Shown in pieces: positions 1-11,655 of a stretch of 64,000 nucleotides of DNA. The notes beneath the pieces are model-generated. The model was not told the DNA's origin and did not search any database. It worked only from the letters and a program-made list of their open reading frames with translations. Position numbers and translations under genes: made by a program. Within the stretch, counting starts at the first letter, position 1, and each line of letters begins with the position of its first letter. Source of the DNA: Mobula hypostoma (lineage: Eukaryota); contig NC_086097.1 in assembly GCF_963921235.1 (NCBI RefSeq), forward strand, positions 83,950,001 through 84,014,000, given 5' to 3'.

Positions 1-767
1 AGTCCCTCACCCAGAGTACATTCTGTGCCTTTGCCACACTCAGTTGCTGCTCTACATGGAGAAGTACTGATTCATCAGTTCAGGGAGGATGGTATGTGGT
101 AATCAGCAGAGGTTTCCTTGCCCATGTTTAACCTGGTGCCAGAGTTGATGTTGAGAGTTGCCAGGGCAACTCCCTCTCTACTGTAGACCACTGTGCCGCC
201 ACCTCTGCTAGGTCTGTCCTGCGGGTGAGACAGTACATACTCAGGAATGGCGATCGTGGAGTCTGGAACGTTAACTGTAATGTATGATTCTGTCAGTACA
301 ATTATGTCGGGCTGTTGCTTGACTAGTCTGTGAGACAGCTCTCCCAACTTTGGCACAAGTCCCCAGATGTTAGTTAGGAGGACTTTGCAGGGGTTACAGG
401 GCTGGTTTTGCCGTTGTCATTTCCAGTGCCTAGGTCGATGCCGGGTTATCCGTCTGGGTTCATTCCCTATTATTTTCTTTTCAGAATTGGATACAACTGA
501 ATGGCTTGCTAGGCCATTTCAGAGGGCGTGTAAGAATCAACCATATTGCTGTGGGTCTGGAGTCACATATAGGCCAGACCAGATTCCTCCTCTAAAGAAC
601 ATTAGTGAACCAGATGGGTTTTTATGACAATCGACATGGTTTCACAGTCATCAGATATTTTTATTGAATTCAAATTCACCATCTACCATGGTGGGATTTG
701 AACTTATGTCCCCAGTGTATAATTGGGTCTCCGGATTACTGATCCAGTGGTAATTACCACGATGCCA
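1..767 (-). mobile_element. Degenerate non-LTR retrotransposon 5' part: APE endonuclease N-terminus preceded by a tRNA-like head
   Basis: Minus strand reads CKVLLTNIWGLVPKLGEL...PDIIVLTES...DRPSRGGGTVVY (APE motifs I-III; ORF 75..356). A-box-like TGGCATCGTGG (767-757) and B-box-like AGTTCAAATCC (704-694) lie upstream on the same strand. Confidence 0.7.
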
Positions 768-1584
768 AATCTCCCTTTGATTAAAATAATACTAAGAAAA
801 TCATATGCAGGAAACTGTTGGCGCATCATGTATGACTAGAGTGTCTTTCTTTTGATTTTAACTTTGTTCCTTTGAAGCTAAATAAAATATATCATACTAA
901 ATTACTACCAATTTGTATTTAAGAGAGTAATTTTATTTCTAGACTAATTATTCCCCGGCCAAAACCTACATGTAGATTCAAAAGAGCTTTTGTTAATAAG
1001 ATTGAAACAGAACAAATTCAAGATTTGTGTCACATGAATGATTTGTCTAATAAAAAATAGAAAAGTGCAGCTTTAACATCTATAGGCTTCCGGTAAAAGT
1101 CTAAAAAGTGTCCAGTAACTCTTTAATAATCTTATCCTGGACAAATACATAAAGCTAAAATATGAGGAACAGACAATGAAAAGTAACAAGTAAATACTAA
1201 ATTCAATTCAGATAACAATTTATTAATCCCCACTAAATTACAGAGTTGAGTGTGGGTAGGATGTTTCCATCGGTGAATGACCTTTGAAACATTTGAAAGG
1301 GATTGAAAGCAACAGCCTAATATAACATGTTTTTAAAAAGCTATTATGCCTTTCTACATCTCTAAATTACAGAACTGTGGGATATGACATAAACTTCTTT
1401 AGAAGTAAGAATCGAAAACCACAGTATTACTTAAATTGTGATGTTCCAAACAATCTGGATGTCTTCATACAAGAAGCAAAGTTATTTATGTAGTACAAGT
1501 AATTAAGGAGAAGCAAGGAAAATAAAATACCAGAATAAGAAAATTTGTCATAGATAATACAGGGCTTTGAAGTTTTGATCTCCA

Positions 1585-1719
1585 GCTACAAGGGTTCAAT
1601 TCTAACTGCCACTGCTATTAGTGTGGAATTTTTTAACAATTCTTGTGCAGTTTTGGGTTTTCTCTGGGTGGTCAGTTTCCTCCTATGCCCCAAGAACATA
1701 TTGGCTATTACACTAACAG
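1585..1719 (+). mobile_element. Degenerate tRNA-derived SINE fragment (V-SINE-like), interrupted by the Gypsy insertion
   Basis: B-box-like GGGTTCAATTC followed by GGGTTTTCTCTGGGTGGTCAGTTTCCTCCTATGCCCCAAG, resembling the fish V-SINE core. Confidence 0.45.
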
Positions 1720-1724
1720 GCTAC

Positions 1725-1908
1725 TGTTGTGATGCGCAACTACATATCAATTAAATAAAAGCACACACACCAGAGATGGTTTTAATTGGTGTTTTCACAT
1801 TGCAGTGAGCGAGAGAGAGAGAGCGATTCATGTGCCTGCATAGAAAACAGTCCATGCAAAGTGCTAAGGGGAGTCGCTGCTCTAAAAGAAATAGATCCAC
1901 ACATTACA
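1725..1908 (-). repeat. 3' LTR of Gypsy element 1
   Basis: TGTTGTG...ATTACA, alignable to 13929-14128 and adjacent to the polypurine tract. Confidence 0.88.
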
Positions 1909-2748
1909 CTTCCTCCCCCTTTAGATCAATGTTACATAAAACTGTATACTGAATGTACAAAATATTCAACTTCCCTTTTACAAACCATATTCAAAGAAAC
2001 ATGCATTCACCATAATGATCCATAACTAACTTCACTATACTAAAGATTCAGTCTTTTGGGTGGCCCTCTGTTCCTTTCAGGATAGCACCTCTGGATCTGT
2101 CGAGTGGCCATGGGTTTGGTAGGTGTCCTGTCTAAGACAACGTTCTCAGTTGCAGGTGTCATGTTGCTATTAGTGACATGAACATCATGGAGAGGTAGGT
2201 CTGGTGACTGTCACATGTCTGTCTTGTTGGGTGCAGTCAACTCAGGTGTGTTCTTCAGTTGCGCATCCAGTAGTCCACATGACGTCTTCATGTCTGATCT
2301 CCAACATCCACTGTGTACATTAGTGGACCAGTTCTTGTAGCTATCCTACTGAGGGCCACTTGTCTTCTCCGTAATCACGTGCTATGACTTCCTGTCCAAC
2401 CTCAAAGCTCCTCACTGCTTCACTTGGGAACTGGCTGAACTGTTTATTCCGCACTTCCCTCGGGAGGTCTGGTTTCAGGGGTTTATGCGAGATCTCAGAT
2501 TCCCGCTCAAGAACAGCATTGCAGGTGTTTTTTTGTCATCACATGAACAAAGTTGCAATACATAAAAAGGAAGTTGCTCACCTTATGCTGCAGAGAAATG
2601 TCCTCCTTGTTCATCACTTTAATGGACTGCTTGAAGGTTTGGATAAACCTTTCAGTTAACCCATTGGTTGCTGGGTGGTGAGGAGCTGACATGAAATGTT
2701 CGATGCTATTTTTCCTCATGAATAGTCTGAACGCTTCTGATGTGTATT

Positions 2749-5647
2749 AGAAACATAGAAACATAGAAAATAGGTGCAGGAGTAGGCCATTCGGCCCTTC
2801 GAGCCTGCACCGCCATTTATTATGATCATGGCTGATCATCCAACTCAGAACCCAGCCTTCCCTCCATACCCCCTGACCCCTGTAGCCACAAGGGCCATAT
2901 CTAACTTCCTTTTAAACATAGCTAATGAACTGGCCTCAACAGTTTGCTGTGGCAGAGAATTCCACAGATTCACCACTCTCTGTGTGAAGAAGTTTTTCCT
3001 AACCTCGGTCCTAAAAGGCTTCCCCTCTATCCTCAAACTGTGACCCCTCGTTCTAGACCTCCCCAACATCGGGAACAATCTTCCCACATCTAGCCTGTCC
3101 AATCCCTTTAGGATCTTATACGTTTCAATCAGATCCCCCCTCAATCTTCTAAATTCCAACGAGTACAAGCCCAGTTCATCCAGTCTTTCTTCATATGAAA
3201 GACCTGCCATCCCAGGAATCAATCTGGTGAACCTTCTTTGTACTCCCTCTATGGCAAAGATGTCTTTCCTCAGATTAGGGGACCAAAACTGCACACAATA
3301 CTCCAGGTGTGGTCTCACCAAGGCCTTGTACAACTGCAGTAGTACCTCCCTGCTCCTGTACTCGAATCCTCTCGCTATAAATGCCAGCATACCATCCGCC
3401 TTTTTCACCGCCTGCTGTACCTGCATGCCCACTTTCAATGACTGGTGTATAATGACACCTGGGTCTCGTTGCACCTCCCCTTTTCCTAATCGGCCACCAT
3501 TCAGATAATAATCTGTTTTCCTATTTTTGCCACCAAAGTGGATAACTTCACATTTATCCACATTAAATTGCATCTGCCATGAGTTTGCCCACTCACCCAA
3601 CCTATCCAAGTCACCCTGCATCCTCTTAGCATCCTCCTCACTGCTAACACTGCCACCCAGCTTTGTGTCATCTGCAAACTTGGAGATGCTGCATTTAATT
3701 CCCTCATCCAAGTCATTAATATATATTGTAAACAACTGGGGTCCCAGCACTGAGCCTTGCGGTACCCCACTAGTCACCGCCTGCCATTCTGAAAAGGTCC
3801 CGTTTATTCCCACTCTTTGCTTCCTGTCTGCTAACCAATTCTCCACCCACACCAATACCTTACCCCCAATACCGTGTGCTTTAAGTTTGCACACTAATCT
3901 CCTGTGTGGGACCTTGTCAAAAGCCTTTTGAAAATCCAAATATACCACATCCACTGGTTCTCCCCTATCCACTCTACTAGTTACATCCTCAAAAAATTCT
4001 GTGAGATTCGACAGACATGATTTTCCTTTCACAAATCCATGCTGACTTTGTCCGATCATTTCACCGCTTTCCAAATGTGCTGTTATCACATCCTTGATAA
4101 CTGACTCCAGCAGTTTCCCCACCACCGACGTTAGGCTAACCGGCCTATAATTCCCCGGTTTCTCTCTCCCTCCTTTTTTAAAAAGTGGGGTTACATTAGC
4201 CACCCTCCAATCCTCAGGAACTAGTCCAGAATCTAACGAGTTTTGAAAAATTATCACTAATGCATCCACTATTTCTTGGGCCACTTCCTTAAGCACTCTG
4301 GGATGCAGACCATCTGGCCCTGGGGATTTATCTGCCTTCAATCCCTTCAATTTACCTAACACCACTTCCCTACTAACATGTATTTCGCTCAGTTCCTCCA
4401 TCTCACTGGACCCTCTGTCCCTTACTATTTCTGGAAGATTATTTATGTCCTCCTTAGTGAAGACAGAACCAAAGTAATTATTCAATTGGTCTGCCATGTC
4501 CTTGCTCCCCATAATCAATTCACCTGTTTCTGTTTGCAGGGGACCTACATTTGTCTTTATCAGTCTTTTCCTTTTTACATATCTATAAAAGCTTTTACAG
4601 TCTGTTTTTATGTTCTCTGCCAGTTTTCTCTCATAATCTTTTTTCCCCTTCCTAATTAAGCCCTTTGTCCTCCTCTGCTGAACTCTGAATTTCTCCCAGT
4701 CCTCAGGTGAGCCACTTTCTCTGGCTAATTTGTATGCTACTTCTTTGGAATTGATACTATCCCTAATTTCTCTTGTCAGCCACGGGTGCACTACCTTCCT
4801 TGATTTATTCTTTTGCCAAACTGGGATGAACAATTGTTGTAGTTCATCCATGCAACCTTTAAATGCCTGCCATTGCATATCCACCGTCAATCCTTGAAGT
4901 GTCATTTGCCAGTCTATCTTAGCTAATTCACGTCTCATACCTTCAAAGTTACCCCTCTTTAAGTTCAGAACCTTTGTTTCTGAATTAACTACGTCACTCT
5001 CCATGTTAATGAAGAATTCCACCATATTATGGTCACTCTTACCCAAGGGGCCTCTCACGACAAGATCGCTAATTAACCCTTCCTCATTGCTCAAAACCCA
5101 GTCCAGAATAGCCTGCTCTCTAGTCGGTTCCTCGACATGTTGGTTCAAAAAACCATCCCGCATACATTCCAAGAAATCCTCTTCCTCAGCACCTTTACCA
5201 ATTTGGTTCACCCAGTCTACATGTAGATTGAAGTCACCCATTATAACTGCTGTTCCTTTATTGCACACATTTCTAATTTCCTGTTTAATACCATCTCCGA
5301 CCTCACTACTACTGTTAGGCGGCCTGTACACAACTCCCACCAGCGTCTTCTGCCCCTTAGTGTTACGCAGCTCTACCCATATCGATTCCACATCTTCCCG
5401 GCTTATGTCCTTCCTTTCTATTGCGTTAATCTCTTTTTTAACCAGCAACGCCACCCCACCTCCCCTTCCTTCGTGTCTATCCCTCCTGAATATTGAATAT
5501 CCCTGAACGTTGAGCTCCCATCCCTGGTCACCCTGGAGCCATGTCTCTGTGATCCCAACTATATCATAATCATTAATAACAATCTGCACTTTCAATTCAT
5601 CCACCTTATTACGAATGCTCCTTGCATTGACACATAAAGCCTTCAGG
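2749..5647 (-). mobile_element. Young 5'-truncated CR1 LINE, copy A
   Basis: (TTCTATGT)n-type 3' tail at 2749-2768 and TSD GTATT (2744-2748, 5651-5655). It splits the Gypsy integrase motif SDNGPQY|TSEAF. Confidence 0.95.
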
Positions 5648-5670
5648 TCCGTATTGTGGTCCGTTGTCAC
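2845..5670 (-). CDS. CR1 ORF2 (APE endonuclease + reverse transcriptase), open frame, native start missing
   Basis: 941-aa stop-free frame with NARS, ITETW, GDFN, SDH (EN) and YRPVSL, LDFQKAFD, GVPQGSVLGP, FADD (RT). The first codons (GTG start) come from flanking Gypsy DNA. Confidence 0.9.
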   Translation of the reverse strand: MTTDHNTDLKALCVNARSIRNKVDELKVQIVINDYDIVGITETWLQGDQGWELNVQGYSIFRRDRHEGRGGGVALLVKKEINAIERKDISREDVESIWVELRNTKGQKTLVGVVYRPPNSSSEVGDGIKQEIRNVCNKGTAVIMGDFNLHVDWVNQIGKGAEEEDFLECMRDGFLNQHVEEPTREQAILDWVLSNEEGLISDLVVRGPLGKSDHNMVEFFINMESDVVNSETKVLNLKRGNFEGMRRELAKIDWQMTLQGLTVDMQWQAFKGCMDELQQLFIPVWQKNKSRKVVHPWLTREIRDSINSKEVAYKLARESGSPEDWEKFRVQQRRTKGLIRKGKKDYERKLAENIKTDCKSFYRYVKRKRLIKTNVGPLQTETGELIMGSKDMADQLNNYFGSVFTKEDINNLPEIVRDRGSSEMEELSEIHVSREVVLGKLKGLKADKSPGPDGLHPRVLKEVAQEIVDALVIIFQNSLDSGLVPEDWRVANVTPLFKKGGREKPGNYRPVSLTSVVGKLLESVIKDVITAHLESGEMIGQSQHGFVKGKSCLSNLTEFFEDVTSRVDRGEPVDVVYLDFQKAFDKVPHRRLVCKLKAHGIGGKVLVWVENWLADRKQRVGINGTFSEWQAVTSGVPQGSVLGPQLFTIYINDLDEGIKCSISKFADDTKLGGSVSSEEDAKRMQGDLDRLGEWANSWQMQFNVDKCEVIHFGGKNRKTDYYLNGGRLGKGEVQRDPGVIIHQSLKVGMQVQQAVKKADGMLAFIARGFEYRSREVLLQLYKALVRPHLEYCVQFWSPNLRKDIFAIEGVQRRFTRLIPGMAGLSYEERLDELGLYSLEFRRLRGDLIETYKILKGLDRLDVGRLFPMLGRSRTRGHSLRIEGKPFRTEVRKNFFTQRVVNLWNSLPQQTVEASSLAMFKRKLDMALVATGVRGYGGKAGF

Positions 5671-6410
5671 TCACAATTTATTCAGGTAAACTATTTCTGC
5701 TCAAGATAGTCTTCAGAGCAGAAACAGTCTTTTCTGAGGTGGTTGACTACATTAGTATGACCTCAGGCCACTTCAAATGAGCATCCACAATAATCAGAAA
5801 CATGGAGTCCATGAATGGCCCAGCTAAGTCAATATGTACTCTTTGTCATATCGGTGTTGGCCATTCCCACAGGTATAAGGGTCCCTATGGGGATGCATTT
5901 TGAACTTCTTGACAACACAAACAGCTTTTTGCCAAGTCTTCTATCTGTTTATCTAGTCACATGTTGCTCTGGGCAAGGCTCTTCATTTTGACTGTACCCA
6001 GGTGTCCTTCATGCAGTTTCCCTAACACTATGATACACAGTTTAGATGGAACAACAACAGGAGATCCAGCACATCACCATTCCTTGACATGCCGAACATT
6101 GGTTGCATCTCACTGAGAACTCTGGGAACATAGGATGACCATGAGCTGGCCATCCTTGCATGGTAATGTGATAGACTTTTGACAGTGTCAGGTCATTCCT
6201 TGTTTCTCTTTGTATTTCCAGATTTGTTACCAGCAATTGGTCCATCAATGTGTATGGAACACCTCTGCTGGGTCACAGAATGAAGACTTGCAGCAGTGGA
6301 AGATGTGACAAGCTGTCGACGTTGTTGTGTTGTTTGGTACCCTTGAGCTTTACGTCATGAGGGTGGTTCCTAGAAACAGTGCCCAATGTTGTAACTAGGT
6401 AGCAGACATC

Positions 6411-8117
6411 ATGGATAGAGAAATGGCTAACAGGCAGGAGGCAGCGAGTGGGAATAAAAGGGGCCTTTTCTGATTGACCATCAGTGACCAGTGGTGTTCC
6501 TCAGGGGTCAGTATTGGGACCGCTGCTTTTCACATCGTTTGTCAATGATTTCGATGATGGAATTGATAGCTTCGTTGGCAAAGTTTGTAGATTATACAAA
6601 GACAGGTGGAGGGATAGGTCGTGTTGAGGAAGCAACGCAATTGCCGCCGGATCTAGACAAATTGGAAAAATGGGCAAAGAAGTGATGGATGGAAAACAAG
6701 TGTTGGGAAATGTATGATAATGAATTTTGGTAAAAGGAACAATAGTGTGGACTATTATCTAAATGGAGAGCAGGTTCAAACATCAGAGGTGCAGATGGAT
6801 TTAGGAGTCCTTGTGCAAGGCTCCCAGAAGATTAATTTATAGGTTGAGCCTGTGGTAAAGAAGGCAAATGCAAAGTTATGATTACGATTATGAGGACATG
6901 CAGTCCCCTTTTATTGTCATTTAGTAATGCATTCATTAAGAAATGATAAAATGTTTTTCCAAAATGTTATCACGAAAACACATGACAAACCGACTTAAAA
7001 ACTAACAAAAACCACATAATTATAACATTTAGTTACAACAGTGCAAAGCAATACCGTAACTTGATAAGAACAGACCATGGCACAGAAAAAATCTCAAAGT
7101 CTCTCCAAAGTCCCATCATCTGACGCAGACGGTAAACCTTCAGCGCCGCCAACTTGCCTGTGCAGCATACTGGAAGCATTCGAACACAGTCCGACTCCGA
7201 GTCCGTCTGAAAAACTCTGAGCCTCTGACCCACCTCTTCAACACCGAGCAACCGAGCACCATCTCTGCCGAGCACTTCGACCCCAGCCCCGGCAACAGGC
7301 GATACACAAAGCCGAGGATTTGGGGCCTTCATCTCCGGAGATTCTCGATCGCACAGTAGCAGTGGCAGCGAAGCAAGCATTTCAGAAGTTACTCCAGATG
7401 TTCCTCTGCGCTTCTCACGGCTGTCTCTATCAAATCTGGATTGTGCACGGCCCCCTAGTTAACACATATCGATATCATTTGTTGGCATTTATTTCAAGGG
7501 GAATTGAATATAAAAGCAAGGAGATAATGCTGAGGCTTTATAAGACACTAGTCAGACTGCACTTGGAGTATTGTTAACAGTTTTGGGCCCCATATCTCTG
7601 AAAGAATGTGTTGCCATTGGAGAGAGTCCAGAGGAGGTTCACAAGGATGATTCCAGGAATGAAAGGGTTGACATACGAGGAGCGTTTGGCAGCTTTGGGC
7701 CTGTACTCACTGGAATTTAGAAGATTGCGTGGGGATTTCATTTAAACCTACTGACTGTTGAGAGGACTACATAAGGTGGACGTGGGAGAGGATGTTTTCT
7801 ATGGTGGGGGTACCCAGAAGTAAAGGGAACAGCCTCAAAATTGAAGGGGGGACCTTTTAGAAAAGAGATAAGGAGGAATTTTTTTAGCCAGAGAGTAGAA
7901 TCTGTGGAATGCTCTGCCACAGACTGCGGTGGATGTCAAGTCCGTGGGTATATTTAAGGTGAGAGTTGTTCGTTTACTGATCAGTCAGGGCATCAAAGGA
8001 TATGATGAGAAGACAGGTGTATAGGGTTGGGTGGGATCCAGGATCAGCCAAAATGGGATGGCAGAGCAGACTTAATGGGCTGAATGGCCTAATTCTGCTC
8101 CTCGGTCTTATGATTGT
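6411..8117 (+). mobile_element. Older degenerate CR1 3' fragment inside Gypsy 1
   Basis: Frameshifted RT/C-terminal motifs (GVPQGSVLG-like, AFISRGIEYKSKEIMLRLYKTLVRLHLEYC) and a CR1 3' UTR; Gypsy sequence resumes on both sides. Confidence 0.85.
6875..7478 (-). mobile_element. Non-autonomous retroelement with poly(A) signal and microsatellite tail, nested in the older CR1
   Basis: Interrupts the CR1 frame at KKANA|MLAFI; minus strand ends AATAAAAGGGGACTGCATGTCCTCATAATCGTAATC. Family not identified. Confidence 0.6.
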
Positions 8118-8574
8118 ATCACTGGAATTTCCTTCCTGGGATTGAAAATGGGCACAAGGGGCTGCTGTTATGTCACTAGCATAAACTTTTGCCCGTGGAA
8201 CTTCTTTATTCCCCATACTAGACTAAGGCCCTCTTGGTCGATCTGTGCATAGTTGCATTTTGCACTCATCAGTGATTTTGAAGCAAATGCAATCGGATGT
8301 TCAGATCCATCTTTCAAAGTGGGTGACAAAACAGCGCCAATGCCATAAGGGGACGTATCACACACCAGTCTGATGGGCAGGGATGTGTCATAATGGGTGA
8401 GCAGTTCATCTGATGTTATTATTATCTGTGTTTCTTTTAATGTTGTTTCACATCTTTCTGACCATTCCTACTTTGCTCCTGTTTGCAACAGTGTGTTCAA
8501 TGGGTGCAGCACTGTAGCAATGTTGGGGAGAAACCAATGGTAGTAGTTTACAAGGCCCAAGTATGATCTGAGTT

Positions 8575-11557
8575 ACATAGAAACATAGAAAATAGGTGCA
8601 GGAGTAGGCCATTCGGCCCTTCGAGCCTGCACCGCCATTTATTATGATCATGGCTGATCATCCAACTCAGAACCCAGCCTTCCCTCCATACCCCCTGACC
8701 CCTGTAGCCACAAGGGCCATATCTAACTTCCTTTTAAACATAGCTAATGAACTGGCCTCAACAGTTTGCTGTGGCAGAGAATTCCACAGATTCACCACTC
8801 TCTGTGTGAAGAAGTTTTTCCTAACCTCGGTCCTAAAAGGCTTCCCCTCTATCCTCAAACTGTGACCCCTCGTTCTAGACCTCCCCAACATCGGGAACAA
8901 TCTTCCTGCATCTAGCCTGTCCAATCCCTTTAGGATCTTATACGTTTCAATCAGATCCCCCCTCAATCTTCTAAATTCCAACGAGTACAAGCCCAGTTCA
9001 TCCAGTCTTTCTTCATATGAAAGACCTGCCATCCCAGGAATCAATCTGGTGAACCTTCTTTGTACTCCCTCTATGGCAAAGATGTCTTTCCTCAGATTAG
9101 GGGACCAAAACTGCACACAATACTCCAGGTGTGGTCTCACCAAGGCCTTGTACAACTGCAGTAGTACCTCCCTGCTCCTGTACTTGAATCCTCTCGCTAT
9201 AAATGCCAGCATACCGTTCGCCTTTTTCACCGCCTGCTGTACCTGCATGCCCACTTTCAATGACTGGTGTATAATGACACCCAGGTCTCGTTGCACCTCC
9301 CCTTTTCCTAATCGGCCACCATTCAGATAATAATCTGTTTTCCTATTTTTGCCACCAAAGTGGATAACTTCACATTTATCCACATTAAATTGCATCTGCC
9401 ATGAGTTTGCCCACTCACCCAACCTATCCAAGTCACCCTGCATCCTCTTAGCATCCTCCTCACTGCTAACACTGCCACCCAGCTTCGTGTCATCCGCAAA
9501 CTTGGAGATGCTGCATTTAATTCCCTCATCCAAGTCATTAATATATATTGTAAACAACTGGGGTCCCAGCACTGAGCCTTGCGGTACCCCACTAGTCACC
9601 GCCTGCCATTCTGAAAAGGTCCCGTTTATTCCCACTCTTTGCTTCCTGTCTGCTAACCAATTCTCCACCCACACCAATACCTTACCCCCAATACCGTGTG
9701 CTTTAAGTTTGCACACTAATCTCCTATGTGGGACCTTGTCAAAAGCCTTTTGAAAATCCAAATATACCACATCCACTGGTTCTCCCCTATCCACTCTACT
9801 AGTTACATCCTCAAAAAATTCTATGAGATTCGTCAGACATGATTTTCCTTTCACAAATCCATGCTGACTTTGTCCGATCATTTCACCGCTTTCCAAATGT
9901 GCTGTTATCACATCCTTGATAACTGACTCCAGCAGTTTCCCCACCACCGACGTTAGGCTAACCGGCCTATAATTCCCCGGTTTCTCTCTCCCTCCTTTTT
10001 TAAAAAGTGGGGTTACATTAGCCACCCTCCAATCCTCAGGAACTAGTCCAGAATCTAACGAGTTTTGAAAAATTATCACTAATGCATCCACTATTTCTTG
10101 GGCCACTTCCTTAAGCACTCTGGGATGCAGACCATCTGGCCCTGGGGATTTATCTGCCTTCAATCCCTTCAATTTACCTAACACCACTTCCCTACTAACA
10201 TGTATTTCGCTCAGTTCCTCCATCTCACTGGACCCTCTGTCCCTTACTATTTCTGGAAGATTATTTATGTCCTCCTTAGTGAAGACAGAACCAAAGTAAT
10301 TATTCAATTGGTCTGCCATGTCCTTGCTCCCCATAATCAATTCACCTGTTTCTGTTTGCAGGGGACCTACATTTGTCTTTATCAGTCTTTTCCTTTTTAC
10401 ATATCTATAAAAGCTTTTACAGTCCGTTTTTATGTTCTCTGCCAGTTTTCTCTCATAATCTTTTTTCCCCTTCCTAATTAAGCCCTTTGTCCTCCTCTGC
10501 TGAACTCTGAATTTCTCCCAGTCCTCAGGTGAGCCACTTTCTCTGGCTAATTTGTATGCTACTTCTTTGGAATTGATACTATCCCTAATTTCTCTTGTCA
10601 GCCACGGGTGCACTACCTTCCTTGATTTATTCTTTTGCCAAACTGGGATGAACAATTGTTGTAGTTCATCCATGCAACCTTTAAATGCCTGCCATTGCAT
10701 ATCCACCGTCAATCCTTGAAGTGTCATTTGCCAGTCTATCTTAGCTAATTCATGTCTCATACCTTCAAAGTTACCCCTCTTTAAGTTCAGAACCTTTGTT
10801 TCTGAATTAACTACGTCACTCTCCATGTTAATGAAGAATTCCACCATATTATGGTCACTCTTACCCAAGGGGCCTCTCACGACAAGATCGCTAATTAACC
10901 CTTCCTCATTGCTCAAAACCCAGTCCAGAATAGCCTGCTCTCTAGTCGGTTCCTCGACATGTTGGTTCAAAAAACCATCCCGCATACATTCCAAGAAATC
11001 CTCTTCCTCAGCACCTTTACCAATTTGGTTCACCCAGTCTACATGTAGATTGAAGTCACCCATTATAACTGCTGTTCCTTTATTGCACACATTTCTAATT
11101 TCCTGTTTAATACCATCTCCGACCTCACTACTACTGTTAGGTGGCCTGTACACAACTCCCACCAGCGTCTTCTGCCCCTTAGTGTTACGCAGCTCTACCC
11201 ATATCGATTCCACATCTTCCCGGCTTATGTCCTTCCTTTCTATTGCGTTAATCTCTTTTTTAACCAGCAACGCCACCCCACCTCCCCTTCCTTCGTGTCT
11301 ATCCCTCCTGAATATTGAATATCCCTGAACGTTGAGCTCCCATCCCTGGTCACCCTGGAGCCATGTCTCTGTGATCCCAACTATATCATAATCATTAATA
11401 ACAATCTGCACTTTCAATTCATCCACCTTATTACGAATGCTCCTTGCATTGACACATAAAGCCTTCAGGCACTCTTTTACAACTCTCTTAGCCCTTTTTA
11501 ATGCTTGCCCTGGATTTGTCGGCCTGCCACTTTTACTTTTCCCCTTTGTACTTTTTG
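8575..11557 (-). mobile_element. Young 5'-truncated CR1 LINE, copy B
   Basis: Near-identical to copy A but 88 nt longer at the 5' end. TSD CTGAGTT (8568-8574, 11558-11564) splits the Gypsy NVSQL|RSYLGLVNY region. Confidence 0.95.
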
Positions 11558-11573
11558 CTGAGTTGTGACACAT
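8667..11573 (-). CDS. CR1 ORF2 (APE endonuclease + reverse transcriptase), open frame
   Basis: 968-aa stop-free frame with the same EN and RT motifs as copy A, including FADD. The ATG at 11573-11571 lies in Gypsy flank. Confidence 0.9.
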   Translation of the reverse strand: MCHNSAKSTKGKSKSGRPTNPGQALKRAKRVVKECLKALCVNARSIRNKVDELKVQIVINDYDIVGITETWLQGDQGWELNVQGYSIFRRDRHEGRGGGVALLVKKEINAIERKDISREDVESIWVELRNTKGQKTLVGVVYRPPNSSSEVGDGIKQEIRNVCNKGTAVIMGDFNLHVDWVNQIGKGAEEEDFLECMRDGFLNQHVEEPTREQAILDWVLSNEEGLISDLVVRGPLGKSDHNMVEFFINMESDVVNSETKVLNLKRGNFEGMRHELAKIDWQMTLQGLTVDMQWQAFKGCMDELQQLFIPVWQKNKSRKVVHPWLTREIRDSINSKEVAYKLARESGSPEDWEKFRVQQRRTKGLIRKGKKDYERKLAENIKTDCKSFYRYVKRKRLIKTNVGPLQTETGELIMGSKDMADQLNNYFGSVFTKEDINNLPEIVRDRGSSEMEELSEIHVSREVVLGKLKGLKADKSPGPDGLHPRVLKEVAQEIVDALVIIFQNSLDSGLVPEDWRVANVTPLFKKGGREKPGNYRPVSLTSVVGKLLESVIKDVITAHLESGEMIGQSQHGFVKGKSCLTNLIEFFEDVTSRVDRGEPVDVVYLDFQKAFDKVPHRRLVCKLKAHGIGGKVLVWVENWLADRKQRVGINGTFSEWQAVTSGVPQGSVLGPQLFTIYINDLDEGIKCSISKFADDTKLGGSVSSEEDAKRMQGDLDRLGEWANSWQMQFNVDKCEVIHFGGKNRKTDYYLNGGRLGKGEVQRDLGVIIHQSLKVGMQVQQAVKKANGMLAFIARGFKYRSREVLLQLYKALVRPHLEYCVQFWSPNLRKDIFAIEGVQRRFTRLIPGMAGLSYEERLDELGLYSLEFRRLRGDLIETYKILKGLDRLDAGRLFPMLGRSRTRGHSLRIEGKPFRTEVRKNFFTQRVVNLWNSLPQQTVEASSLAMFKRKLDMALVATGVRGYGGKAGF

Positions 11574-11655
11574 TCTCTAGTTTGGTTGCCTGTAGCACTG
11601 CACCAGTCTTCTCTTGTGACTTATGGAAGCCATGCTTGTCAATGACATGTTCACA

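Noticed and set aside
630..657. Hammerhead-like CTGATGA...GAAAC...GTC on the minus strand
   Set aside because: Only 4 unpaired nt where stem II should be, and no convincing stem I.
2822..11328. Repeated plus-strand ORFs (e.g. 3527..3931, 5003..5506, 9349..9753, 10825..11328)
   Set aside because: Antisense shadows of CR1 ORF2.
2749..11557. CR1 A and B as a tandem duplication or assembly artefact
   Set aside because: Different TSDs, flanks and 5' ends, plus scattered substitutions.
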